DNA of 64,000 nt from Myxococcales bacterium. GTDB lineage: Bacteria; Myxococcota_A; Polyangia; Polyangiales; DASUME01. A program made the translations under genes and the position numbers. Where the stretch lies: positions 7,552,001 to 7,616,000 of the forward strand of contig JASGJH010000001.1 of the NCBI GenBank assembly GCA_047601445.1, read 5' to 3'. The notes beneath the pieces were generated by a model that was not told where the DNA came from, made no database searches, and worked only from the letters and a program-made list of their open reading frames with translations. This document shows, piece after piece, positions 39,317 to 49,600 of the stretch. Every line of letters starts with the position of its first letter. The first letter of the stretch is position 1.

Positions 39317-39805
39317 GTGAGTCTTGAGCTGACCGCGCTGCGGATCGGATTCGAAGAAGGGCTGTACTCCCGGGACGACGTGCGGGCCTGGGTCGACCGG
39401 GAGATCGCGGCGCGGGACTAGCTGGCGCCCGAGCTGCTCGAGCTGGCCACGATGGCCCACAAGCCGGACCAGGAGGTCATCGCGCTCCTGAAGGGATTGG
39501 CGCCGAAAACCTCGGCCGAGGAAGGAGGGCGAATGGTGTTGGCCGCATTTCAGGAGCTGTATCGTCTGGGTAGGGCTCCCTTGGCGACGATCGTTGCGCG
39601 TCTCTACAGTTTGGCGACCGCAGGGAAAGGGCTCTCAACGGACCAGTGCTCGGCCATCTATCACCTTGAGTGTGCCTTGGATCTGGTTGACTGCTCGATC
39701 GGAACCCTTGATGAGGTGCGGGTAGAGCTCGAGGAGTTCCTGTCTTCGAACGTAGAAAGGGCAGCGAATCCAGAGCACTTGGGGAGCATACGTGAGCAGA
39801 ACTGA
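39317..39805 (+). pseudogene. Helical immunity-like protein with in-frame TAG at 39419
   Basis: GTG start gives MSLELTALRIGFEEGLYSRDDVRAWVDREIAARD*LAPELLELATMAHK..., in frame with ORF 39452..39805. Confidence 0.65.
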
Positions 39806-39962
39806 GGCAGCTGTTCCGCTGCTCCGATATCGTGCCTTGTCGACCTTCGTAACCCCGCGGGTGATGGCGCGCGGAGCACCTCGCTGTCGTCCTGGTTCTT
39901 TCGCAACGCGCCTCTTCAAGGCCCGTTTAGTGCTGAACTAACCGGATGGGGCAAGTTATTCG

Positions 39963-41852
39963 ATGTCAGACTATGAAGATTACTACGCTCGCTGGTCGTA
40001 CGAGCAGCTTCGGCTGCAGCAACCACATGTAAAATTTGGGGGGCTTTGGCACGTCGGACCGTACCACTTCATCGTCTGTCCGGGTGCGAAGACGGCAGCC
40101 ACGTTGGAAGGCGAGGACCTTGGTGCCTGGTTCGATGGCCATTGTCGTGTGCTCGGCTCAGCGATCGAGCTCGTCGAGAGTGCGCCCTCCAACGCCGAAC
40201 TGGTTCCAGAGAGAAGTTCCGCTGACCGAGCTCTCTTGGCCGGGGCACCCCGCAATCGCCGCGACGTGCTTGTTGATCTGGGACTCGCGCTTCCGCAAGA
40301 CTTCCCAGCCTTCACGGTTGACAACCCAAAGGCTGAAATCGTTCTTGTTACTAACCAAGAGCTTGATGCATCCGAACAAGAAGCTGCTCGCATAGCGTAC
40401 CAGTCCCTCGGATATCACAGAACGCCGAGTTTCTCGGTCGACCGCACGCGTGACTTAGCCGCCGGACCTTTTCGCCGCAGCTATGGCGACGGGGACATAA
40501 GTTTGATTCCTAGTCGTCGACTGCAAGGCATCACTCGCGAACTCCGGTTTCTGGTCGAAGACGATGAGCAGGCATGGGTTGATTCGCGCGTTCGCCTCTT
40601 CTCAGAGTTCGAAGCGGAGCCCGGTAACTTGCTGCCGGCCGGATGGGAGAGGGGCAAACGTTTGGGGTGCGTCGTAGACGGAACCGTATTTCGTCCAGCT
40701 AACATTCGAACCTATTTATCACTCTACGAAGTCGTGTACCTAGCTCTCCCGCTGGCAGACGCTTTCGAGGACGCCTGTGCCGCGCTCGGTGTGACCCAGG
40801 CGGAGCTCGCGAAATTGGTTCTTATCGGGAGAGTCAAACTGCTCCTGCCGCAGCCACTTGATCGATATCCCCTCGATTGGCTTTGTTCCGTTGCCGAAAG
40901 TGCTCCCACCGGCCTGTTGTTTTCAAGGCGTCTCGCGGCGGCGACCATAAGCGATGCGCGCCGTCGAGTCCCATTCTTGTTTCCGCCGCTCAGTCCAGCT
41001 GAGCGGTACACCCTCCTTCACGCGTTGTCGGAGAACGCGGCGGAGATAGTTGGGGCCTCCCGGCAGGACCGCTTTGCGCGGTTTCTCGGAGAAATAGGGG
41101 CCGCGTGGTGCCGAGCAGAATGGGCCGTCCAGGACAGGGGCGCGATGGGCACTATGAGCTGCGGCATAGGAGTGATGGCCAGCGCTCTGTACGAACAAAT
41201 ACGCGGAGCCGATCTGCGACTCGAACTTACCACTGCCGCTCAGAAGGTGGAGTGGGCAGCTGCCTTGGGAGCTCACGTCTTTCCTGCCACTAACGACGGC
41301 TATGACGAAAGCAATGCCTGCGATCTGGTTGCGGGCATCTACGGGACGCTGAAAGCACCGTCACGTACGGTGCCGCCGTCAGCGCTTTCAACAATCACAG
41401 ACCTTCTGGCGATCGACAACAGAGTGTCGGTCGTTGATTTTGCTAACGAGTTTTCTTCCGCAGACATTGTCCGCCTTCGTCAGCTTGTGCTTCGCCTTAC
41501 GCGCGAGAATATCGATGAGGATTTTCTGAAGGACGCAGTGGCCAAGTTCAATGCCGAGGTCAGACGGTACGAAAAACGGCCGGACTTGCTCGGCAAGGTC
41601 AACGTGGTTGGCCTCTTTTCGGCGGGCGCGACAGCGATGGGTGCCGTCGATCCAACGATTAAGGCAGTTGTGCCGCTAGCGGGATTTGTCCTTGGCTTCA
41701 TTGTCAACCGGGCGCTTGAGGAACTACCTCGTCATTCGGCGCATGGCGGAGCTGTAGTGGACTTCTGCAACGCGGCGCTTTCGGGCCGATTCAACAGCGA
41801 ACCGGTCCTCGTGGCGCGGGCCAAGAAGGAGGTGGCCCGGCTAAAACGTTAG
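39963..41852 (+). CDS. Unknown 629-aa protein, candidate anti-phage gene
   Basis: Long intact ORF with atypical codon usage; no motif recognised; two hydrophobic segments near the C-terminus. Confidence 0.85.
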   Translation: MSDYEDYYARWSYEQLRLQQPHVKFGGLWHVGPYHFIVCPGAKTAATLEGEDLGAWFDGHCRVLGSAIELVESAPSNAELVPERSSADRALLAGAPRNRRDVLVDLGLALPQDFPAFTVDNPKAEIVLVTNQELDASEQEAARIAYQSLGYHRTPSFSVDRTRDLAAGPFRRSYGDGDISLIPSRRLQGITRELRFLVEDDEQAWVDSRVRLFSEFEAEPGNLLPAGWERGKRLGCVVDGTVFRPANIRTYLSLYEVVYLALPLADAFEDACAALGVTQAELAKLVLIGRVKLLLPQPLDRYPLDWLCSVAESAPTGLLFSRRLAAATISDARRRVPFLFPPLSPAERYTLLHALSENAAEIVGASRQDRFARFLGEIGAAWCRAEWAVQDRGAMGTMSCGIGVMASALYEQIRGADLRLELTTAAQKVEWAAALGAHVFPATNDGYDESNACDLVAGIYGTLKAPSRTVPPSALSTITDLLAIDNRVSVVDFANEFSSADIVRLRQLVLRLTRENIDEDFLKDAVAKFNAEVRRYEKRPDLLGKVNVVGLFSAGATAMGAVDPTIKAVVPLAGFVLGFIVNRALEELPRHSAHGGAVVDFCNAALSGRFNSEPVLVARAKKEVARLKR

Positions 41853-42012
41853 CTCCGCAGTTAGCACAGTGCCGGCCGGGGGGGTGTCGACTTGCGTGCC
41901 GCTGGACACGACCCACCAGTTTAACGTGAGAACGAGCGACGCCGCAGCGGAACGTTGTCAAAGGCGAGATCGAGCGCGCGCCGGAGAAAGACAACTCGTT
42001 ACGTCGCAGGAT

Positions 42013-43815
42013 CTACTTTGGTACTCGCTCGAACTCGTCCAGACGTCCCTCCTGACCCACGTAGCTGAGGACTTCGCGAACTAGGGACCAATGGATGTCC
42101 GAATCGTTGACCTCATACTTTGCGACTCTCAGCAATGCGCTTGCGAGCCACTCTGCTTTGCTCTTAGTGCGACTTTCTTCCGGAAAGAAGCTTTCGAGTT
42201 CACCTCCGGGGCAGACGAAAATCCCGTGCTTCTTAAGAAGGACGAACGCGTGCTCAACGTATTCCAACCCGCTTCCCGAGAACGCTCCCTTTCCGCTTTT
42301 CTTTGCATTGCGCCAGGGGTCTGCTTGCGTTTCTAGGTCCTTGATACGTCGCCTAGTCCGGCCTAGGTCGGCCGGGCCTTCCTTGAGCTCTGGAAGCATC
42401 GCTTCCAATCCATCGAGGATTCTCTGCTGCCGCTCCGCCGGCGACGACTGTCCAGCAACTGTTTCCGCGATCTGCTTCTGCAGGTCAGCCAGTCGCTCGC
42501 GAGTTGGTGCTGACATTCCAAAGGATTGGGCAAGCTCCAGCAACGTGCCGGCCTCTCGAAAGATGTCGAAATCGACGATCGCGGCCACAGACACTTCCAT
42601 TTTTCGGTACTCGCCTGCGAGCTTTGCAATCGTCTGCTTTCCGCCAGCCGCAAGGAAGTAGGGGGCGGTCGGCGACCTTAGGCGGTCGGCCACGGCATGG
42701 AAGAATCGGGCATCCCGATCTCCTTCCACTACGACGACGCACGAGTAGAAGAGGCCTTCTAGGGCCCTAGCTGAACTGAGTACCGGGTCGCCTGCAATCT
42801 CTGAAAGATGCGAGGGGTCCAGAACCTTTCCCCTAAACTTACCTGCTCGCCTACTGAGCCGCACGATCTGTACGTCATTCGTATTCGCGATGACTCCACG
42901 CAACACGTCGACGCTGTGGGTCGATACAAATGTCTGCCGTCCTCGGTGGCGATCCTCAGCGAGGAGGGCACCAATGCGCCTTGCCTGCGGCGGATGCAGA
43001 AAGGTTTCGGGCTCGTCTACGAGGACGACCGGGCGATCAACTGAGATCAGCGCGGTCACAAGCCCCAGAAACGCTCGAATGCCGTCGCCTTGTGATTCGA
43101 GAGGTAGATGGTTGGCCAGAGCTTCTCTTAGTTTTCGGGGGTGCTCGGGTAGACTCGTTGGTCCAGGGCCAACCATTATGCGCAGACGATGAAGCTCGCT
43201 GTAGTCGAGCACAAAGTCAGTCTGAAATGCGTCGACGAAGCGTCGATGCACTTCGTCTTCTACTGCCTGATCGGCGTCTAGCAAGTGTTCGAGAAGTGAC
43301 TGTGGTCCTTGCCCGCCTGTGCCCAACTGTCCCCTTTCAAGCAACTGAAGACGCTGGGAAGTCTTCAAGAATGTGACGAGCCGGGGGCCGAAGTAGTAAG
43401 CGAAGAGGTCCGTTACTTGATTTGGCGGCAACCCGGCTGCGGAGAGCCTGGCATCGTCTGCGGCAACGTCCTCGTAGAGGAGATAGAAGTCTTGGGGCCA
43501 TCGAAGATGGGTGTCGCGCTGCTCGTTCCCGCACAGATCGGACGAAAGCGCAGTCCATCTTGAACCGCCTTCAGAGGCTTCGAAGAACGTAGCGAACGAT
43601 GACGACTGCAGTTCCGCGAAGGTCGCCGGCTTCTGAAAGTCCGTCCGGGTAACCACGACTCGCCGAAGCGCAGAGCCTGTTAGCTCGTCGTAGATGTCTT
43701 TGAGTGCGCGCGTCTTCCCGACGTTATTGGCGCCAATGAAGATGGTGAGTCTTCCGGTGGGAACGGGCGTCGAGTCGGTCAACAGTAGGGACGTGACCTT
43801 GAACGGTGTTGTCAT
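42013..43815 (-). CDS. OLD-family ATP-dependent nuclease (ABC ATPase + TOPRIM)
   Basis: GANNVGKT Walker A, QGDG signature, LVDEPETFLHP Walker B, STHS, TOPRIM VVEGDRD and VDFD. Confidence 0.88.
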   Translation of the reverse strand: MTTPFKVTSLLLTDSTPVPTGRLTIFIGANNVGKTRALKDIYDELTGSALRRVVVTRTDFQKPATFAELQSSSFATFFEASEGGSRWTALSSDLCGNEQRDTHLRWPQDFYLLYEDVAADDARLSAAGLPPNQVTDLFAYYFGPRLVTFLKTSQRLQLLERGQLGTGGQGPQSLLEHLLDADQAVEDEVHRRFVDAFQTDFVLDYSELHRLRIMVGPGPTSLPEHPRKLREALANHLPLESQGDGIRAFLGLVTALISVDRPVVLVDEPETFLHPPQARRIGALLAEDRHRGRQTFVSTHSVDVLRGVIANTNDVQIVRLSRRAGKFRGKVLDPSHLSEIAGDPVLSSARALEGLFYSCVVVVEGDRDARFFHAVADRLRSPTAPYFLAAGGKQTIAKLAGEYRKMEVSVAAIVDFDIFREAGTLLELAQSFGMSAPTRERLADLQKQIAETVAGQSSPAERQQRILDGLEAMLPELKEGPADLGRTRRRIKDLETQADPWRNAKKSGKGAFSGSGLEYVEHAFVLLKKHGIFVCPGGELESFFPEESRTKSKAEWLASALLRVAKYEVNDSDIHWSLVREVLSYVGQEGRLDEFERVPK

Positions 43816-44389
43816 TGTGCCTTTGATTCTCCGAACGCACGCCTGTCGACAGCGGACGCGCTCCGCTTGGCCAGGACCTTCTGTTGCTAAGCGGTCGCCG
43901 GCATTGGCCCTTGTCGCGAGCGTGCCCGGTTAGTCGACCCGAGATCGCAGGAAAATGTTATCTGAGGCACCATCTCGCGGCCCAAAAAGGTGCCCACAAA
44001 CCGCTTGGTCGATTCCTGTCGGATTCTGCATGAAATCACCGAAGGCTTCCACCCGTGGGACCCGTACTTTGGGGTCTCGGTGGAGGGCGGCGTGGGTTTA
44101 CAGAAAGGTGATGACGAAACCCGCACTCGGCATGGCGTAGAACTCGCGCAAGTTCTGCGCCACGTCGTGCGCGAGCTCGTCAAGTTGAACGTTCTCAGTG
44201 AGCCTCACGGAAAACGAACCGGCCTCGCTGGTGTGTGGCCGCAGGAAGGCGAACGTTTGCTCGCTGGAGAGGCTGCCGCCCTTGTCTTCGTAGCGCTTCG
44301 AGTGCTATTCGACCGTCGGCCACGAGGAGGCGAGGGGCATCGGAGAGCGTGTCGTCTCGCTCGTACCGACGCTGCGGAATCGCTAATAC

Positions 44390-44821
44390 TCAGTTGAGGA
44401 GCAGGTCCTTGAGCCTATCGAGATCACTCGATTCTATGCCGGCCTGACCGCACGCAGAAGCGACGTCTCGGGCCAGTCCACAAACGAGTTCACGAAGCTC
44501 GCCAAGGCTCACGAGTTGCTCGTGAACCATCTCCTCGCTGCGCCGCCGCTCGATACACCGAAGCCGGATCTCATCTTCGCCCATGCGTGTCGCGGCCACG
44601 TAGTAGGGCCCGTCCATGAAGTACATCAGGACTTCACGGTCGAAACCCTGCTCCAGCTTGGCTACCGCCTCGAGCCACCACGTGGTGATGACCACAGCGA
44701 AATCGTTCCACCGCTCTGCGGGGAAGCAGGTTCCGCCGAAGTCGAAGTACACGACGCCGGTGATCGAACGGCTGGCCGAGGCACTCTGCTCGACGGTGGC
44801 CGGGTCGAACGCGATCCGCAT
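44390..44821 (-). CDS. Hypothetical protein, immunity-protein-like
   Basis: SITG..YF.....FP...WNDFAVVI...W...FMDGPY; GGAG RBS. Confidence 0.7.
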   Translation of the reverse strand: MRIAFDPATVEQSASASRSITGVVYFDFGGTCFPAERWNDFAVVITTWWLEAVAKLEQGFDREVLMYFMDGPYYVAATRMGEDEIRLRCIERRRSEEMVHEQLVSLGELRELVCGLARDVASACGQAGIESSDLDRLKDLLLN

Positions 44822-44882
44822 TTGGGTCTCCAACGAAATCCGAAGCGGGGTGAATCCACAGGTGGTCGATCCCCTGCAGGCC

Positions 44883-45015
<133 letters not shown>

Positions 45016-45028
45016 AGAAGTGGGCCGT

Positions 45029-45056
45029 AAGGTAGTCGGCTCGGGGCTTCTGTCAA
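45029..45056 (-). promoter_or_regulatory. Sigma70 promoter of tRNA-Gly
   Basis: TTGACA-16 bp-TACCTT just upstream of the tRNA. Confidence 0.6.
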
Positions 45057-45117
45057 GGCAGGTTGTGCGGGTATCGCTCGGAAGGCTTTTTCTCTGCAAA
45101 GCCAAGGGGGTAGGAGC

Positions 45118-45675
45118 TCACTTGAGGGGGGCTTTCCAGGCCGCTTTGGGCAGGCGGTACAGGACGTGGGGCCGCAGGGGGTGGCCGGGGGGCAGGCGGG
45201 GGTGGTCGAAGTCGCCCGAGGCATCGTGGGTCATGCCGATTCGATCCATGACGCGCCTCGATGCGAGGTTTGGGGGCACGGTATACGCGAGGACTTCTTG
45301 CTGGGAGAGGGCGTCGAAGGCGAAGCGCAGGGATTCGCGGGCGGCTTCGGTGGCGTAGCCCTTGCCCCAGGCGTGGCGGGCCAGACGCCAGCCGACTTCG
45401 ATGCAGGGCGTGAAGTGGGCTTCGAAGACGGCGTGCACGATGCCGACGAAACCAACTAAGGGCGCTCCGTCGCGTTCTTCGAGCGCCCAGAGTCCGTAGC
45501 CGTGGGCCCGGATGTGGTCTTGAAGGCGCTGCATCAGGGTCTCGCTCTCCTCACGCGAGAGCTGTCCTGGGAGGTAGCGCATCACTTCGGGGTCCGCGTT
45601 GAGTCGCGCGAAGGGCTCGAGGTCGCTCTCTCGCCACGGCCGCAGCACGAGGCGCTCGGTATGCAGCGTGATCAT
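45118..45675 (-). CDS. GNAT N-acetyltransferase (RimJ/RimL family)
   Basis: TERLVLRPW, EVGWRL...WGKGYATEAA, NLASRRVM.RIGM. Confidence 0.93.
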   Translation of the reverse strand: MITLHTERLVLRPWRESDLEPFARLNADPEVMRYLPGQLSREESETLMQRLQDHIRAHGYGLWALEERDGAPLVGFVGIVHAVFEAHFTPCIEVGWRLARHAWGKGYATEAARESLRFAFDALSQQEVLAYTVPPNLASRRVMDRIGMTHDASGDFDHPRLPPGHPLRPHVLYRLPKAAWKAPLK

Positions 45676-45728
45676 GGTGCTCACGCGGGGACTCATAGCG
45701 CGCGCCGCAGCGGTGGCGAGAGCAGCGC

Positions 45729-46583
45729 TCAACGGGGGGCCTGAGGTTTACGCCAGAGCTCGTGTAGATCGCCGCGGATGCCGAGTGTGAAGCGCGGAGA
45801 TGCGGTGTCGATAAGGCGGGCGGTCCAGGTCTGTTCCGAGGGCTGGCTGTAGTAGTCGTCGTAGCGGCGCGTGTACTGCACGACGGGTGAGCTCACGACC
45901 AGGGGCACCATCAAGCTGAGCTCGAGCTTGCCCCAGGGCAGCCCAATCGATCCCGAGAGGTAGGGCTCCAAAGTGACCGCGTTGGCGACGCGATCGGAGG
46001 GCGCTCCCATCAGTTGATCGAAGTCGTAGTGCAGCACCGAGGCCCGCAGACCACCGCCGCCGCCACCGAAGCGACTCTTGCGCCAGCCTGCATGGGCTTG
46101 CACGAACGGTTGCACGAACCAGCTCGACGAGGTGATCCACAGCGAGCAATCCACGCCGTAGTTCCCGTTGATGTCGAAGTTGCGGTGGCAGGCGTTCGCG
46201 TCGGTGCGCCCGTAGCCCAGTCCCGCGAAGGCCTCCACAGCGAAGTTCCCCTTGCTGAGGCCCCAGCCTGCGGCGGCTTCCACCTGCCGGGTGTGGTTCA
46301 TCTCGTTCATCTTGCGCTCGCTGTTGTCCTCCGCGTGAAGTCCGTCGTAGTGGGCGAAGGAGCCTTGTACGTAGGCGCGCGTCGACTCGCTCGGAGCCAC
46401 GGCGGCGTAGGCGTTGGCGCCGCGCGTGGGCATGGCAGGGCGCACGTTGGCTCCGATGCTGAGGTCGCCCTTGTTGTGGAAGAGGGGCACCACTGGGCCG
46501 GGTGGTGAGTAGGTGCTCATGCAGCCCGCGCTCAGGGTGAGCAGCAAGAGGGTGAGCAATGCCTGGAGGTGAGACGAGCGCAT
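45729..46583 (-). CDS. Hypothetical lipoprotein / outer-membrane beta-rich protein
   Basis: LSAGC lipobox, Y.P....VPLF..KGD, amphipathic strands. Confidence 0.75.
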   Translation of the reverse strand: MRSSHLQALLTLLLLTLSAGCMSTYSPPGPVVPLFHNKGDLSIGANVRPAMPTRGANAYAAVAPSESTRAYVQGSFAHYDGLHAEDNSERKMNEMNHTRQVEAAAGWGLSKGNFAVEAFAGLGYGRTDANACHRNFDINGNYGVDCSLWITSSSWFVQPFVQAHAGWRKSRFGGGGGGLRASVLHYDFDQLMGAPSDRVANAVTLEPYLSGSIGLPWGKLELSLMVPLVVSSPVVQYTRRYDDYYSQPSEQTWTARLIDTASPRFTLGIRGDLHELWRKPQAPR

Positions 46584-46740
46584 GAAGGACACGGGCCGCG
46601 TAGAGCAAGCGTTGGGCCAGCCAAACGAGTGAACCAGAGCACGCTTCGAGAGCACTCCGGGCTGCATGCTGTGGTCGTGCGGCAACAGGCGAGGGGCACA
46701 CCTGGTCAGGAAAAGGCACGCTGTACTAGGCTCGCGATGC

Positions 46741-47583
46741 GTGCGCTCGATTCGGCATGGGATGTTGTTGGGTCTGCTCGGGGTGATGGGTTGTGCTCCC
46801 CTCGAGGTGGTGGCCCCAGATGGCGAGGGTGGTGTGCCCGCGGTGGATGCTTCGCCCGAGGCCCAGGCGCGCTTCAGCTTCTTCGTCACCAGCCTCGCGG
46901 CGATGCAGAGTCTGTCGGGGAGCTCGCAGGGCTTCGGCGGAGATCTGCGCTTCGGTGAGTACGGCGCGGGCGCGGGCCTGCGTGGGGCCGACAAAATCTG
47001 CGCGGCCATCGCGGCGAGCGCGCTACCGGCCGCGAGTGAGAAGACATGGCGGGCCTTCTTGAGCACCTCTTACGAACACGCACGGGACCGCATCGGCGCG
47101 GGCCCCTGGTACGACCGGCACGGGCGCTTGGTGGCGAACTCGCTCGAGGAGCTCACAGCGCTGCGCCCGACGGCCGCCGACCCTGCGATTCGCGATGATC
47201 TACCCAACGAAGACGGCGTGCCCAACCACGATCCCTACGGCAAGGGCGGTGTGGACAACCACGACGTGCTCACGGGCTCCGACGCGGCAGGGCGACTCTA
47301 TGGCAGCGCCCCCGACAACACCTGCGATGACTGGACGAGCGCAGCCCCGAGTGGGAGTCCGCGCATGGGGCACTCGTGGCCTCGTGACTCCGAGGCGGTG
47401 CGCGCGGGCGATCCGCTGGCCAGCTGGAGCTCCGCCCACGATGGCGCCGGCTGCGCACCGGGCTTGAACCTGATCGAGACCGGCAAGCCCATCACCAAGA
47501 GCCCACTCAGCCCCACGGGGCGTTCGGTGGGCGAGGGCGGAGGCTACGGGGCTATCTACTGTTTTGCGCTGAGCGCGCCCTGA
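46741..47583 (+). CDS. Endostatin/C-type-lectin-like lipoprotein
   Basis: FSFFVTS, GL.GADKIC, TWRAFLS, ARDRIG.GPWY, HDVLTGS, TCDDWTS, YCFA. Confidence 0.82.
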   Translation: MRSIRHGMLLGLLGVMGCAPLEVVAPDGEGGVPAVDASPEAQARFSFFVTSLAAMQSLSGSSQGFGGDLRFGEYGAGAGLRGADKICAAIAASALPAASEKTWRAFLSTSYEHARDRIGAGPWYDRHGRLVANSLEELTALRPTAADPAIRDDLPNEDGVPNHDPYGKGGVDNHDVLTGSDAAGRLYGSAPDNTCDDWTSAAPSGSPRMGHSWPRDSEAVRAGDPLASWSSAHDGAGCAPGLNLIETGKPITKSPLSPTGRSVGEGGGYGAIYCFALSAP

Positions 47584-47803
47584 GCGGGCGCTCCACACCT
47601 GTGGTGTAAGGCGCCGCGACAATGGCGTAAGCGTCGCCATGCCCGGGCTCGTGGCCGGATCACAGCCGTGGCCGTGGCCGCGCTCGTGAGCGGGAACGAT
47701 GCCATGGCCGTGATCAACGCCCTTGATCAACGCCCTCGAACGAGCGCGCAACCTGCGCCGCTGATGACCGATATCGAAGGGCATGCAGCACTTGTACTCG
47801 TCA

Positions 47804-49357
47804 TCACTCGTAGCGCACGCCGTCCGCGGGCAGCAGGCGCGCCGCCCAGTAACTCGGCACGAGCGTGGCCGCGGTGCAGATCGCGAGCGCGATCAGGATC
47901 GTGTACACGAACTCCAGCGGACTCACGCGCACCGGCAAGTGATCGATGAGGTAGACCTTGGGGTCCAGCGGGAAGGTGTAGATGCTCAGATAGCCGGTGA
48001 CGATGCCGCCGATGACCAGGCCCACCGCCGTGCCGACCAAGCCGATGAGCACGCCCTGCACCAGGAAGATGGAGAGGATGCCGCTGTCCTTGGCGCCCAT
48101 GGCCTTGAGGATGGCGATCTCACGCTTCTTCTCCAGCACGATCATGATCAGCGTGGCGATCACGTTGAAGGCCGCCACGAAGATGATGGTGGCGATCACC
48201 AGGCTCAGCATGACCTTCTGCACCTCGAGCGCGGTGAACAGGTTGTGGTTCAGCTCCTGCCAATCCATGGTGTGATAGGGGCCGCCACCGAGGTCGGCCT
48301 CGAGCTCGCGCGCCACCGCGGGCGCACGCTCGATGTCGTTGAGCCGGAGCTCCACGCCGGTGACGCTGTCGCCGTGATCGAAGAAGCGTTGCGCCTCGTA
48401 GAGGTCCACATAGACCAGGCGCGTGTCGTACTCCTGAAAGCCCGCCTGGAACACGCCGACCACGCGGAAGTCGAGGGAGCGCGGGCTGTTGCCGTCGGCT
48501 TGCCACATCGAGGTGTCGAGCCCTGCCAGCGGCGAGATGATGCGCACTTCGTCGCCGAGGGAGAGCTCGAGGCTCTCCGCCAAAGCGGCCCCCACGATGA
48601 CGCCGGGCAAGCTGGTGTTGCCGGGCTTGGGCTCGTTCTTCGGCTCGAAGAGGGCCTGCTCGGCATCGTCGTCGGGGAGGTTCACCTCATCGCCTTCGTT
48701 GCCCAGGGCGGCTTCCATCTCGGCCGGCGTGGGAACGTGGACCTTGGGCAGGGGAGCCGTGGGCTTGGGGCTCGCTTCGGCTGGGGCCGCGGGTTCAGGT
48801 GCGTTCTCGGGCACGGGGGCGACCTGCTTGGTCGCGTCGAGGTCCTTGCTGAGGTTGCGCAGGTAGGCGTCGAGGTCTTCTTCGCCCGCCAGGGGGGCGC
48901 TACTGACGGGCAGCTTGGGGGCTGGAGGCTTGCTGCCGGGCAGGCGCAGGCCGTCGAGCTTTCCGCGGATCATCTGGGAGGGGAGGTCGAGCACCTTGGC
49001 GATGCGGTCGGGGTCCACCCCCTTCACCAGCACACCCGAGAGCCGGTCGCCCTTGGCCAGCATCATCTCGTGGATCACGAATGGTGCGGCGCCTTCCACC
49101 TCGGGCAGCTTCTCGGCGTGCTCCACCACCTCGCGGTGCTCGCTGAAATCGAGGCCGTACTTGAGCACCAGGACGTGGGCGTTGACGCCCAGGATCTTGT
49201 TGCGGAAGGCGTCTTGAAATCCGCCCGTGATGGCCATCACGGCGAGCAGGGCCCCCACCCCCAGGGCCACGCCGGTCACCGCGATGATGGTGATGACCGA
49301 GATGGTTTTGCGCTTCTTGGAGCGCAGGTAGCGAAAGCCTACCGAGAGTGCGTACAT
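47804..49357 (-). CDS. Lipoprotein-releasing ABC permease LolC/E
   Basis: RYLRSKK, GVALGVGALL.V.AI..GF, DWQELN.NLF.AL, VAAFNVI.TL.M.V.EK.REIAILKAMGA. Confidence 0.92.
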   Translation of the reverse strand: MYALSVGFRYLRSKKRKTISVITIIAVTGVALGVGALLAVMAITGGFQDAFRNKILGVNAHVLVLKYGLDFSEHREVVEHAEKLPEVEGAAPFVIHEMMLAKGDRLSGVLVKGVDPDRIAKVLDLPSQMIRGKLDGLRLPGSKPPAPKLPVSSAPLAGEEDLDAYLRNLSKDLDATKQVAPVPENAPEPAAPAEASPKPTAPLPKVHVPTPAEMEAALGNEGDEVNLPDDDAEQALFEPKNEPKPGNTSLPGVIVGAALAESLELSLGDEVRIISPLAGLDTSMWQADGNSPRSLDFRVVGVFQAGFQEYDTRLVYVDLYEAQRFFDHGDSVTGVELRLNDIERAPAVARELEADLGGGPYHTMDWQELNHNLFTALEVQKVMLSLVIATIIFVAAFNVIATLIMIVLEKKREIAILKAMGAKDSGILSIFLVQGVLIGLVGTAVGLVIGGIVTGYLSIYTFPLDPKVYLIDHLPVRVSPLEFVYTILIALAICTAATLVPSYWAARLLPADGVRYE

Positions 49358-49600
49358 GGCGGTGCCAGGTGGCCTACCACACGGCAGAAGTTATCGCATT
49401 CATTTCATTCTTCGGTCCCAGGAATGACTTCGGGGGCGAGCCGTGTTGGGGGCAGAACGAGGGGTTCCGTGACAGGCGCCCCGACGTAGAAAAGCGCCGT
49501 AATTTCTGCTCTCGGCCCGTCAGGCCAGCCTCGATTTGCCGCAGAACTACCGTTGCGGCACCCGTTGCGAGTACCCTTCCGACCCTGTTTGCCGTTGCCG

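Noticed and set aside
39963..43815. Gabija, retron or PARIS assignment for the island pair
   Set aside because: The genes are convergent and the partner has no UvrD, RT or separate TOPRIM motifs
43930..44397. ORF 43990..44397 (+), or an integrase remnant in this gap
   Set aside because: No R-H-R-H-Y or serine-recombinase motif. A minus-strand frame from 44340 with an internal stop may be a gene relic, but it cannot be assigned
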